Below are positions 34,801 to 47,370 of a stretch of DNA of 64,000 nt, one piece after another (the first letter of the stretch is position 1; every line of letters starts with the position of its first letter). Under the pieces are notes generated by a model. The model made no database searches. It saw only the letters and a list, made by a program, of their open reading frames with translations, and had not been told where the DNA came from. The stretch comes from Somniosus microcephalus (taxonomy: Eukaryota), in the NCBI GenBank assembly GCA_052327205.1, contig CM126220.1:48732001-48796000 (forward strand), given 5' to 3'. The position numbers and the translations under genes were made by a program.

Positions 34801-37800
34801 CACAAACCTCTACTTCATTTTTTTTAAAGAGCTTCTGATGTCTAGAACTTCAAAGAGACATTTCAATTATATTCCTATAGTGGACTTGTTACATACTTAG
34901 GAACTTTTACTGTCCTTATAAATGTGCGGTGTTTATCTCGGAGCCGTAATTAGACTCTTGTTTGTAATGCCATGCCGGCGAAGCTCTGAGGCAGCATTCC
35001 TTTCTCTATATTACAACAGACAATGGCAGGAGAAAATATGGTTGTGTTGTGTGAAGTTTCAAGATAAACAACACACGTGAGAGGGCCAGTTCCAGTCCGA
35101 CATCCAACGCGGTGCTGTTGTGGTGAGGGGGCTGGGGAGAGGGGTGGGGGGGGGGGGTGGGGGTCAGTGGGAAGGGGGAGAGAGAGGGGCAGGAATTCGG
35201 TCACACAAAAGGACACCGGTCTTCCCAACATCACCGACACTGATTAAGCCAGCAACAAATAACTATTGCTGATTTATGTGTTGATTTACCAAACATGGTG
35301 CTGACATTTGCACAACCCAGTTCTGGTTTAAAAGTTAGTTAGAAAAAATGCGAATAAAATAGGACACAAACACGCGGGGATTTTTAGACGTAAAACATGT
35401 GATTGCTTTAAAATCCAGTCAAAGCACATCGTTAACTAACGGAGAATCTGTAATAATGAGAATGATAAATACATACTATATTAGCGGCACATACCTTATA
35501 AATAAACTGTCCCAGACGATGGGACCGTAAAACAGCCCTGCAACATGGCATTATTGTGAGTTATTTTCTGTAACTAACTCTACCCATACATTGAATTGTC
35601 TTAAATGCTAGAAATTAAAATAAAAACTAGCAGTTTATAGCAGAATCTAAAGTTTAAACAAGATTTTTTTTCTAGAGTATTTAATACTTTTGGAGCCACT
35701 TGTTGGGTTCAAACCCAACAATAACATGGAAGCCTAAAGAAGTATTATAACCAATAAAATGTAATATATAAGCATTGAACTCTTTAATTGGCTCTTTAAT
35801 TCATTTCAGCTCGAAAATACAGTACTGTAAAAAAAAAGGAAAGTTGTTGACATGTTGGATGAATACCCTTAAAGGGTGTATTCATTCCTAACATTTAGAG
35901 TGTTAACTCTTTCAGTGTGGAATGTCAATGTATCAAAGCCCAGAAATGCTGGTTTCCCTCGCTGTGTTCTGCTTGTATGTGTGACCTATTCAAGGCCAAT
36001 AAAGAGCAACAAAAACAGCATCCCAAGTTTTTTTATTTTAAACTCTGAGGTGGGAATAGCTTTTTGTTGTTGTCCGGGAATATATCATTCTAGGCTAACC
36101 ACTAGTGGCCTGTTGCGCAACCGGTGTTGCAGGCAATATAACTGCAGCATTCAGCAATTTTGCCTTTAACACACTGGCAATAACTTCATTATCACCAAGC
36201 GGGGTGTTACATGTGATCAGCGTGTTAAAAAAATATACTTGATTTGCTCCAAGTAATAAATGAATTTAGCTTCAGGTAAGGACACGGGGTGGAAATGTGG
36301 AATGTCAGCGAGATTTACACCTGTCCTATGGCTTAAACTGACAGACCTATTGCCTACAGAGATGACCACTGGTGCCACTCTGTCTGGGACTCATCAGCCT
36401 TACTTTGTAACTTTAACTGGACGAGACGATCAAAACAACCCAATAACATACGTATCGTTTTATCACCAGAAACAACATCAGCGAAGTAAAGACAAATATT
36501 TATTTTTAAATACGTATCATAATTGCTGTGTTTTTTTGCTATAGATCTTGATTGCTGAAGGGGTGTAGCTAAACTATTATTGCCATAAAGAGGGAGTTTG
36601 CCCTGACAGCATCAATAGTGATCTATGTTAAAGCTACCCCAAACAAATAACCCAGCACAATCACCCAAAGGTCCCACCCAACGGACAGTTCAGTAAGAGA
36701 TATTAACCAGACGCCAAAGGAATCCCGTTCAACTGCAAACCCCTCTTTTCCAACTCGGCGCATCTGTTGTGCACGGCGAACACGTTTCCATTTCGCAAGG
36801 GCTGTTGCTATCCTATAGGGCTGTTGAAAACATTCATCACATTGGCCAAAGTGGAGCCAGGCCACTCAGCCACCGTATTCACACACAGGTAGCCTAATGA
36901 TTCCATTAGGCTAGACCAAACCGTTCTGGATCAGTAAGCGCATGACGGGCTAAAGAAGCTAATGTCCTACTGTCACCGTCATTTAAAGATTTCAGCAAAA
37001 CACCAGCTGACATCCCAGCACTGGCCGTCACTAGACATTCATGACTTGTCTGATGCCCAGCCAGAGTAGCATCATTCCACAAAGCGCCCTATATTTATCT
37101 GACTACACTTTTTGAAACATTTTCTTCAAATGCTGACTCAAATTCTTCTCGAATTTGCTTTTCCAGAATTATGAGCTAAATGGTTATTTTTGAAGTCATC
37201 GACCATTTTCATTTATCAATGAATGTTGTAGCATTTATTTTACATCTTCAAGATTTGAACCAATCATTTGAGAAATGCATCAAGAGCTTTCAGCTTCCTG
37301 GAAACTCATTTCAAAATATTTCATTGAAACTTCCACATTCATATCAAACTCACCGTTTAACACTCCCATTAGCAAAGCGCAACTTAAGCTAATTTGCGAT
37401 TTGGAGCTTTGCTGTGTTCAAGTTTTCATCCATACACATTTTAGAAATGTTGCTTCAGTTGTTTTGTAAGGCCACTGACAAAATACATGTATCTGTCTGT
37501 TGCTTCATTGCTAAATCATATTTATACTCGAACTAATGTATTACTACAACAGTTTATTTATTGTTTAATCAGGGCAGTTTATACAGAACAATCAGCTGTC
37601 TATTGGCTCATTGTAGGCCACCAAACAAAACTTTCACTCGGCTTTCAAGTAAAAACAGAAGCATAGTTTTGCTTTCAGCATGACGATTAATTCGGTTTAT
37701 GAATATATTAACGTCAAATTATTAATTCATTTATAAAATTTAGGTCACTCAACGTTTGGTGATGATGATTTCATCTTGAAGAAAACGCATAATTAAAAAG

Positions 37801-40800
37801 TATGACCCAATAGTCGTGAAAAGACAAAAAGCATAAAGCAAGTTTATTTAATATTAGTGATGGTATTTGTAAATCAGAACTCTTCCGAGAACTGTGTGGG
37901 ATTATCGCTGCGAACAATATAACTAGGCAGATATCATTTTGTGATTTATATCTACAATGTCTAACATATCCACGAAAAAGTGCGGTAAAACTTATTGTTC
38001 GACCACAAGAGAAAAGATATGTTGTTATTTACAATCCCGTGCCATTTTGACCAGGAAATTGCGCTCTTTTATGAATCCTTAATAGAATAAAGCTTGAATT
38101 GGCATTCAGTTGTTGTTATTTGGCATTTGCGTGAAACATATTCACTTTTGTAAGAGAAGTATACAAAAATATTTTCAGCATTATATTACATATTGATGCA
38201 ATAATTATCAATCTTACCAGAACCGTAAAATATGTTTTAAATCTAGGAACCCTGCACATCTGAAATAAATAATAAAGGAGATTGCGATGTCAAGTTTGGA
38301 TATCTTATTTGGCATAATGTACACGGAAGGACGGGTATTCAGCTTTAGTTTGCTACCCAGTCGGTACATCAAATGCAGCGTTTTTGAAATCTTCACAGCG
38401 GCAGCCAAGAATTCAGTCTTCAAACGTGTACAATGAGAAGCGAGATGTTAAAAATGTAAATGATAAAAGAAATTAAAAGTAAGTAACAACACATTACTGA
38501 CTGCCCAGCGTTTATGATTAATCCAAAGATGCTCAGGTAGCCTTGCAATGATGCAGCTTTGGTTTGCAAAGAATTGAAAACTTTTAGACTTACTGTTCCG
38601 CTGCAACAATAATTTACTGTTGTTTACACTTCAGCACCATTTTGACTGCTAAACATTCATTTCTAGCTTTTAACTATTTGCAATTTTTGAATTCTTTAAA
38701 GAAAAAGGACCCAGCAGTTAAAGCAGCTTTAACAGGACCCACAGTTGCTGCGGTCCGGATAAACTCTCTTCCTCTAGCAATAATGGATTTAATTACACCA
38801 CTCTCGCAATCAAGATCTATAACATAGAAAATGAGGAGAATGTCAAAGCACATTGAATATGATCACATTCGTGGCAATCTCCAAAAATATCCAGTCCGTT
38901 ACTAATCTCCTACTTTGCCCCTTAATAGCACGAATGATGTAACTGTCCAGCTGTTTCAGTCTGGGGTTTTTTTGGTCCAACATTTTGCATATTCCACTAT
39001 TTTTCCCAGAACAATGTGCCTTATATAATATATATATGTTTTCTGAATGTATATTTACCTGCAGGTTTTATACTACAAAGATTACACCTGTGTCTAGAAC
39101 ATAACTATTCAACTATCTGTGAAGTAAAATCTTGCAATATTTATTATATAAGCTTATAGACTTACTCCAAGACTACATAAAAGTTGCGTTAAACATTGTG
39201 TACATTTTCACAGTCAGTCTAAATCTGTTACGGCTGATAGCGCTCCAATTCCATGAATACATATTCAATCAATTTCGAAGTTTCTGTGTTTAAATTTGCA
39301 TTGCGATCAGAAAACGATTGATTGTTTGTGTGCCAAATAATGTGTAATATCTCATTCCTATCAAGAAAATAATCCCCACGTTAACATGTTGGCTCTTGTA
39401 GCAAATGCAGTGCTGGGTTCCAATGGAATATGCATATGTTCCAAATCATAAGGCTTATTAATCTGAAATAAAATATATTTCCAACGCATTAACTGACATC
39501 ATGCTTGTTAGTAAAGTCTCCCAGGCAGCTGGATGCAACATTAGAAAGTGTAAAAACGATGTTCTTTTTCCATTTTAGATCAAATGCTGTATTTTTGGCC
39601 AATTGTTTAACCCGCAAAACAGCATTAGGACACGACACGCTTCCACTCTTTCCAAATATTCAGTGTGTGTTCCTCCAAGTATTTTGAGAAGGGTAAAGGG
39701 TGTTTAGGTACAAAAATAGATGGCGGCTGATTCCGCATAAACGTTGCGTTAGTTGGCTCTACGTTATTTCAAAATTTCGGAACCTTTGTTACTTAAAAAA
39801 ACCCCCAGCAGCTTGTATTTTACATAGACATGTCTCTTTTAACGGGACGTCTCTTTTAACTGCTGTCCCGTCCCAGCCGCCCCCGGGAACTGAGGAGAGA
39901 CACTTGCTGGAGAGATAAGAGAAGCTCAGCGTGCAAGTGGACACACGCTTCACACTGTTCCACCAGATAAAGTGACTTTTGTTTTGGGGAATATGTGGGA
40001 GGGCTCAGTAAGGACACGAGTCTCCGCAGTTTGGAACATGATAAGGCAATTCCAAAGACAGAACAAATTAAAGTCCGACCGTTTAATCAAAAACCTATTA
40101 ACTAGCACAATGATTTCAGTGCCTTATATGAAAATCAAAGCTTAGGCGCACATATTTTTTTTTGTTCATAAATAACTCAGATGTGTAACGAGCACAACAG
40201 ATGAATAAAGCCTACACGTTATTGTGAGTGGTCATTGTTGTAGGGAAGCGTTGATTAGCGGGGTGCAAACATTTTCAAAATGTTGGTAATATTCAATCTG
40301 TACACATCTGTTTCACTGCCTTTAGTACAAGAAGACAAACGTCCTTCAGCTTTCACCAAAAATCTACCAATATCTGGAGAAAAGCCAGCGGGAAAACTCT
40401 AGTTTCACATTTCTACCAATAATTTATATTTCCTTTATCTTTCAGGGTTTTAAGCCTTCCACTTTGAGATCAGTTCGTAATTATAATACAATGATAATTG
40501 CTCGGTACATGCCACGTAAAGTTACATGCTAAATCTGCGTGCTGGGCACCGTCCCGGAATAGTCCAGGGGAGGCGGTCACATAACGTGTAAAGTATGCAG
40601 GTGACAACACTGAACCCCCACACTCAGTGTAAAAAATATCCCAAATGCAGTTACATTGAGGGCTGGAGCCACAGGTTCGGTATTGGTTTCCGCAAAGTAT
40701 TCAACTAGGATGTAAGTTAAACTAGGAAAATTATAAAAGGAAGTAAACCCTACACGGAGGGGAAAAAATACATTAGGGAATACAACTAAATGATAGAACG

Positions 40801-43398
40801 GAAAGGAAACAAAGAGAGCTCAGATTGGGAAGTGCTTTACTCAACGCGAATGTCACTGATTGAGAATACGCAGGCTAGTAACCGGCTGGCAAAGCAAAGC
40901 ATAATTCTGACCAGCACAGAGGAAGATCATCAAATTGGATTTGCTGTGGATTATGGCTGGGAGTAAAGTCGATGCTAAATTCATTTCAGCTTGTCAGTAT
41001 TTAGAGTCCCACCCCCCTCAAAGTATGTGCATCCACTAGAACTTAAGGAATACATAAGGGAGGCCCAGGAACATGAAAGGACGTGTCAGTTTATTCCGAG
41101 CGACAGCCCCATAAACGTTGCTTCCAATTGTAACTAACCAACAATCACCATGCTGGTTCCCCACGCAACATCAAGCTTTGACTTGCTAAAAAAATATATC
41201 GCTTTCGCGTGTAGGCAGCTGCTGGCTTCGGTTCCTGGTGCCATTCACCGCGCCATTCGAAGCAACAATTGGCAGCGACACGCACTGCAATTCACAGTTG
41301 GCTTTTGGGACACGAAAGTATCCCCTTTCTCGCCATGTACAGCGCCATATTTTTCAATTTCAGGCCTAATTTCTTGTATTCATAGCAGCAGCCAGGAAGC
41401 TCTCGGTAACAAGTTGTTGAAAAATCAGGAAAAATGTGACTCGGATCAGACATATTGCACATTCAAACACGAGACATTTGTATTATGTTGTAGATTTCAT
41501 GACCCCTCTATTCAGCTCGAAAGAAATAATACTTCATCCTTAACGCATAGCAAATTAGAAGATGTTATTTATTGCCAAGTATTTAAGTGTTTCACGAAGA
41601 AATAAACAACAATGTGACCCCTGGGGAGGTGGCTGACGTATTCCTATGTTTATGTGTCATGTGCCATAGGAAAAAACTTAAAACGACATATTTTCCTGCA
41701 TTTAATTCTGTGATATTTTAATACACTTTGATTAAGTAATCAGTTCGAGCTGCCATTTCAGAGTTCTGCTAACCATTCAAATCATTATTGAACCATACAC
41801 AGATTGCATGGTCTCAGCAGAGAAAACATAAGTTGGCTGACCTTCCTCACCCTCCCGTCGTCTCCCCCTTCCCCCTCCCTCTCACAAGACACACAGAGAG
41901 AGAGAGAGGCAGACTGGGAGACAGGGAGACAGACAGAGGGATAAACAGAGACACTCGGGGAGAAGGGGCTTTAACGAGTTTAGAAGTAGTGAAGTTGTCA
42001 ACGTGGAGCAGTTGCGAGCAGAAAATCCTGGCTCCGAACTGCCCCTGCTGCCCAATCAATTATTAACCAGCAAACTGGCTCCAATGTCCAATCTGTGCGA
42101 TTCCTCCATAGATTTCTGTGCCACTAGTATTGGGAAAGACGACCAGAAGCAACATCACATCCCATGCTGCCGACACAGCCAAATCGAGGGATCCGTTTTC
42201 ACTTCCCCAGATATATATAATAATAATCACAAGCCATGAAGATTCAACCTGAATTTTATGAAAGAGTTGTATATTAACAACTTTTTTTTAATGGAAAGCA
42301 ATGAGATGCAGTCGATGCTGTAATTTAAGAACGGGTGGTTTAGGGGTTATTATTACATTAAGCACGGTTGAAAGATGGAAACGTGCTGGCCATGGTTTTT
42401 TGCACTTGGGGGATTGACTTTGGCATTCGCTGTCATCTCACGCAAGCCTTCCGTGGGTGATCACTGCAAGGCATGGTCACGTCACATCATGGACATCTTG
42501 GCCAGTTGTCGGTTACACTGTCAGACTGGCGAACCCGATTATGAAAAGTTTATAACCGCTCCTGCAAATTGATCTCCGGATCGCAATTTTATGATTTGTT
42601 TCTCTAACAACTGGCGGTGCCTCATAAAACAAAAACCTCTGGGTTAATATTAATCATGCTCCAGTCATCGCGGATGGGAGTAGAATATCAGAGAGGTGAC
42701 CAACCATGCAATCAGATGCCACGATTACATTGATTAATTGGCTTCCATCTAGTTTTTCACGGAGCCAACTGTTGCAAAGTTCACTGATCAATAAGACCGC
42801 ATCTTTTAACAGGCGTGTACATTAGTGTGCCACATTTTCAAAGTCAATTCTGCACAATATCCTTTGTGCAAATTTAGACATCCTATTCGATTCTGATTGT
42901 GTCTCTGATATGTTATTTGCTGTGAATGTCGTTTCTGCTAACTATCAAAGACACGCGCGCCTTGACAACCTGGTTGTAATCGCCAGTACATCTATCGCTC
43001 TTTAATGTTTAAATAGAACATACGCAGACCCAAAACGGGATCCCAGAAAGCTGGCTGCAGTGCGCCAAGTGCATCCGTCGGTTCAGGTTAGCCCTACTAC
43101 TGCCTCAAGTAGCCTTCAGTTCATCAGTAAGGGTAACACTGGGGCAGTAGGGAAAACGTGGACTCGGGGTCACATCGGTCTCTTTTGATCATCCACGGCA
43201 GGGATGTGAAACAGAGGTCACACATTCTCATATCGAATGAGTTGTGGCCGACAACAGCAACTGTTGGAGTTTCCTAGTCATGCAATACCTTCCATCCCTC
43301 CTCCCACGTTCTTCACTGCCACTGTGTTCCCCCTGTGTCCGTCATGCTTTAGCAATATGACTGATGCGTATTTCTGTGAAACATGACGCTGTCTGCCC

Positions 43399-43440
43399 CG
43401 CAAACTTAGCAAAATTCGACGCAAACTTAGCAAAATTCGA
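43399..43440 (+). repeat. Perfect 21-bp tandem duplication
   Basis: CGCAAACTTAGCAAAATTCGA x2. Confidence 0.9.
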
Positions 43441-44582
43441 GTTGCTTCCAGCCACCAGGACTTTACGGTATCACTTTGTCGGGGGAGGGGAGACGGGGAT
43501 CATCACCATGAATGGCAAAAATGATTCTGTGTCTTTCTAATGTGATAAGTCAGGGCTCCAGCGTGTTGGCAGCAAACCGGATAGCCCCAATGTAACTTAG
43601 CGAGGCGCAGGGCGAGCCGCAGGGCAAGTCCTTGGAAGGCAGTTACTATTTGGATCTTTGCACACTTGCAAATTTCCACAAGCAACTAAACGTTAAAACA
43701 GAAGTTTCAGATTTCAATAACTACAAACCCACGAAGCGTCCTTCAATCAATAGTGTGTTGTACAATTGAACCAAATATTGCGCATTTATTTCATACAGTT
43801 CTGGTGACAGAACCATTATCCCATCATGAACACAAACAAACGGTGTAAGGATGTCTAAACACAACAATCATCTTGTCACCTTTCTCTAAGTAGTGATTCA
43901 CTGCTGTCAGATTTAGAAATTAATGTGGAAATCTTGCCTTGAAAATGCAACGAAAATATTAGCCCGAAATAGTGTTTTTCTCACCGTGGTACGAAAGATT
44001 GAGCATTGCTATGAGGAAAGAATTCCTCTGTCGTTCGGTGTAGGGACATGCTAAATGTGTTGAGCGAGAATTTCTTTGTTCGTAATTTCTAGCGAAATGA
44101 TAAGTGCCTTCTATTACTACTTCGCTAGAAGAAATACCGAACAGAGGAAATTCTCGCGAAAAATCTTCCTCTGTGGCTACACACAGCGACCGAGGAAATC
44201 ATCCCGACAGATGAACTCTGAACCGTAAAGTTTACAGATTTGGTAAAAGGTGGTTTAAATGTACACATCGAGGACATAAGGCTATAATCTGGAGTAAACC
44301 TGTAACAATAGTTACCCTTACAAACTCGCAATAAAAGATTACTGATTGTAAAAAGTGAAATATTTCAGGTATGGGGGTCAAAAGTTCATTTTTTCCGGAG
44401 TAACATTGTCGTCAGAAGTTGAATTTTGCAGGGGGTGGGGGTGGACGTGAGAGGGTTAGAAGGTTACTCGCTTGTACAAGATTGGAAGAAACTCATTGTC
44501 TTGTTCCTTCAAGGTTTGTTATCAGCAAGTAAATGTTTTGTGAAGTGCATTACAAATATTTTCATCGGAGATCATTCCTACT

Positions 44583-44822
44583 GTCAGCTGTGGCTCAGTT
44601 GGTTGTCGCTGGTATCCTGGAAAACATTTATCCCTCGACCAACAGACCAAAAGCAGATTATCTGGTCATTATTACATTGCTGTCTGTGGGAGCTTGCTGT
44701 GCGCAAATTGGCTGCCGCGTTTCCCACATTACAACAATGACTACACTCCAAAAAGTACTTCATTGGCTGTAAAGATGTCCGGTGGTCGTGAGAGGCGCTA
44801 TATAAATGCAAGTCTTTCTTTT
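44583..44822 (+). mobile_element. Internally deleted DeuSINE copy
   Basis: Head GTCAGCTGTGGCTCAGTTGG joined directly to the 3' half homologous to 14697-14905. Confidence 0.8.
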
Positions 44823-46805
44823 CCTTATCTCTCAGAGAAACACACAATTCACTGAAACTGCTCGCCCAAACCAGCAAAGGGCTGGTTATATTCGGGTTCA
44901 TTTCTTTGAACTTGAAAGTTGGCAATTCCAGTAGGTTTTGGTGGTTTGGGGTTCCGATGTAATCTAAAACAAAAGGCGACGTGCTAAAATGAATAATGAA
45001 CAGCGAGCATTATAAACCTTTAGAGCTAACAGAAACCACAATGGCAAACTAAAGGATTGGAAATAGAACGTTTAAGTACGTGCACCTGGAATCTGCTGTA
45101 AGCAAGTTTGCCATCCTATCTGCTTCTGGATATGCTCACCATTTACTGTAGATCCTGTGAACTGTCAGCATAGAAATACTTCTGATGTCGTTAGACTGTA
45201 GTGTGATTGAACACCTTACATTAGTGTACCTTAAATCTACATAAAATTCACCAAACGTTTACTCAAACATGCAGGGAGGAATTATACATGTAGTCTCAGT
45301 GCATTTAAATATACAGTATATTGTATATGCAAATGAGAAATAAATAATTGAATCCCGATTTGTTAATCGTTTGAATCGTAAAAATATGTCTATAAACTCT
45401 TTATAAAATCTACCAAATTTTAATATTTATATGACAGACCACTTAATTACTAAACTGCAACTATAACTAATTAAACGTGTTATTATACAACACTGATCCT
45501 TTGTTCGTGTGCGACAGGTGACTGGTATGTGCTGAACTGACCATATGCAATGTTCTATGTAATGAAACTGCACAAAACATGACATTATGTGACTGGATTT
45601 ATATTGTACAAGGACGTATTATACCAAATTCTATATAGTGCAATAGGAGCGAATTCCGCATGGGAAGTGTTTAATCTTGTACTCACATTTTTTTAAATGG
45701 TAGAAGAATACACATTTTTTATAATAGATGGTGGCGATGTAAGGACAAGACCAGCGGATGAATGTACTTCCCGAAAGTTGCTAGTTTATGTTTCTCTTTT
45801 TAATAAATTCTATGATGAAATAGTGAACGAGCAAGAACTTCACTACTCAAGTAAATAGCCACGTGTTTATATTATATTTTATAAATAAAGCCAAAACATT
45901 GAAGTGGGTCCGTTAGCACAAAACGCAATTAAAGGTTCTGCATCTGCACTTTTGTGTTGCAGGTTCTGTCGAATGGATTTATCGCAATAAGGTGCCTAGT
46001 TTATAATTGTGTCGGATCATTTAGACGGGACGGCTGTGTCTACATTACATATGCTGGCAAATGCCGCTTAATGTTCCTCATCATAAATGATTAATCCTTA
46101 GGCTATGTAACTCTGCATTGCTTTGTGACGCACCAGTTTCACATTATCATTATACTGTCCATTAACACGTCCATAAATCCTAAACTCAATTTGAAATATT
46201 GTTTCATACATTCTAAATATAAAACAAAACTACCGTGCCCATCAACATTACAAGAAATTGAATGTTTTGTCTATGTATTGACAATACTATGTAATTTGCC
46301 AACTGCTTGATTATAGGGAAATAAACGAACAGTTTCTAATATTGCTCCCCTAAAATTCACTGTCTTGCATTTTCCATTACTACTGTACTGTTTTCTAGGT
46401 TGCTGGTGCAGCACTCCACTCACTCACTCACACTGCCTGCTTTAGATTCTAGACATTTTAGCCAGGTATTCGACAGAAAAGTGTTAATTTTTCAGCAGCG
46501 TGGTCCTGGCTGGTCTTTATTTCTGACTGTATTTTAGCTGTATTCGTAATCTCTCGTATTTCCGAAATTTCCTGTCGATTTCTCTGACCCTATTTCTATT
46601 TTTAATGTTCTGTTTGCCACAGTCTCTTTTGTTATTCCCTATATTAATCTGGAGTGGGGTTTCGCGCCACCTGGATTCCAGAGTTCGGTACAGGTTATTG
46701 GGAGCTGTGTCTATGAGGACATTCTTGCTGCTCTCCACTGCCCTGGACAGTCAGTATCTAGTAGCAGCATCTACCGGTCATAATTAAGAATTACAATAGT
46801 TCAAC

Positions 46806-46907
46806 CGCATTTCCTACATTACAACAGTGACTACACTTCAAAAAGTGCTTAATTGGCTGTAAAGCGCTTTGGGACGTCCCGAGACCGCGAAAGGCGCTTT
46901 CTTTCTT
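46806..46907 (+). mobile_element. DeuSINE 3' fragment
   Basis: CATTACAACAGTGACTACACTTCAAAAAGT...GGCTGTAAAGCGCTTTGGGACGTCC. Confidence 0.8.
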
Positions 46908-47110
46908 AAAGTAGTCGAGGTGCGGTTATCTTGCACTGCCAATAATTCAGCAGTAGATAGAATAATGTCACACCGCGAGAGATGGAAGTGGCGAAAGAAA
47001 TGTCACCGATTTATACAGTAGGAAAAATAGATACCAGAAAACCGTCATAGACCCTTTAATGCTGGAGGACAAAAATATGTTACTTAAGGGGAACAACCAA
47101 CAGACGTTAT

Positions 47111-47370
47111 AAAAGCAAATACTGCGGATGCTGGAAATCTGAAATAAAAACAGAAAATACTGGAAACACTCAGCAGGTCAGGCAGCATCTGTAGAGAGAG
47201 AAACAGAGTTAACGTTTCAGGTCGATGATCTTTCGTCAGGATCAGTTTGACAGTGAGTGAACCTTATCCTCTAACGAAGGGTCATCGACCTGGAACGTTA
47301 ACTCTGTTCTTCTCTCTACAGATGCTGTCTGACCTGCTGAGTATTTCCAGCTTTTTCTGTTTTGATTACA
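47111..47370. mobile_element. Head-to-head pair of Penelope pLTRs with hammerhead-like motifs (47207-47239 minus, 47271-47303 plus)
   Basis: Both arms homologous to 9735-9836; minus motif keeps CTGACGA and GAAACGTTAAC, plus motif is mutated (CTAACGA, GGAA). Confidence 0.85.
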
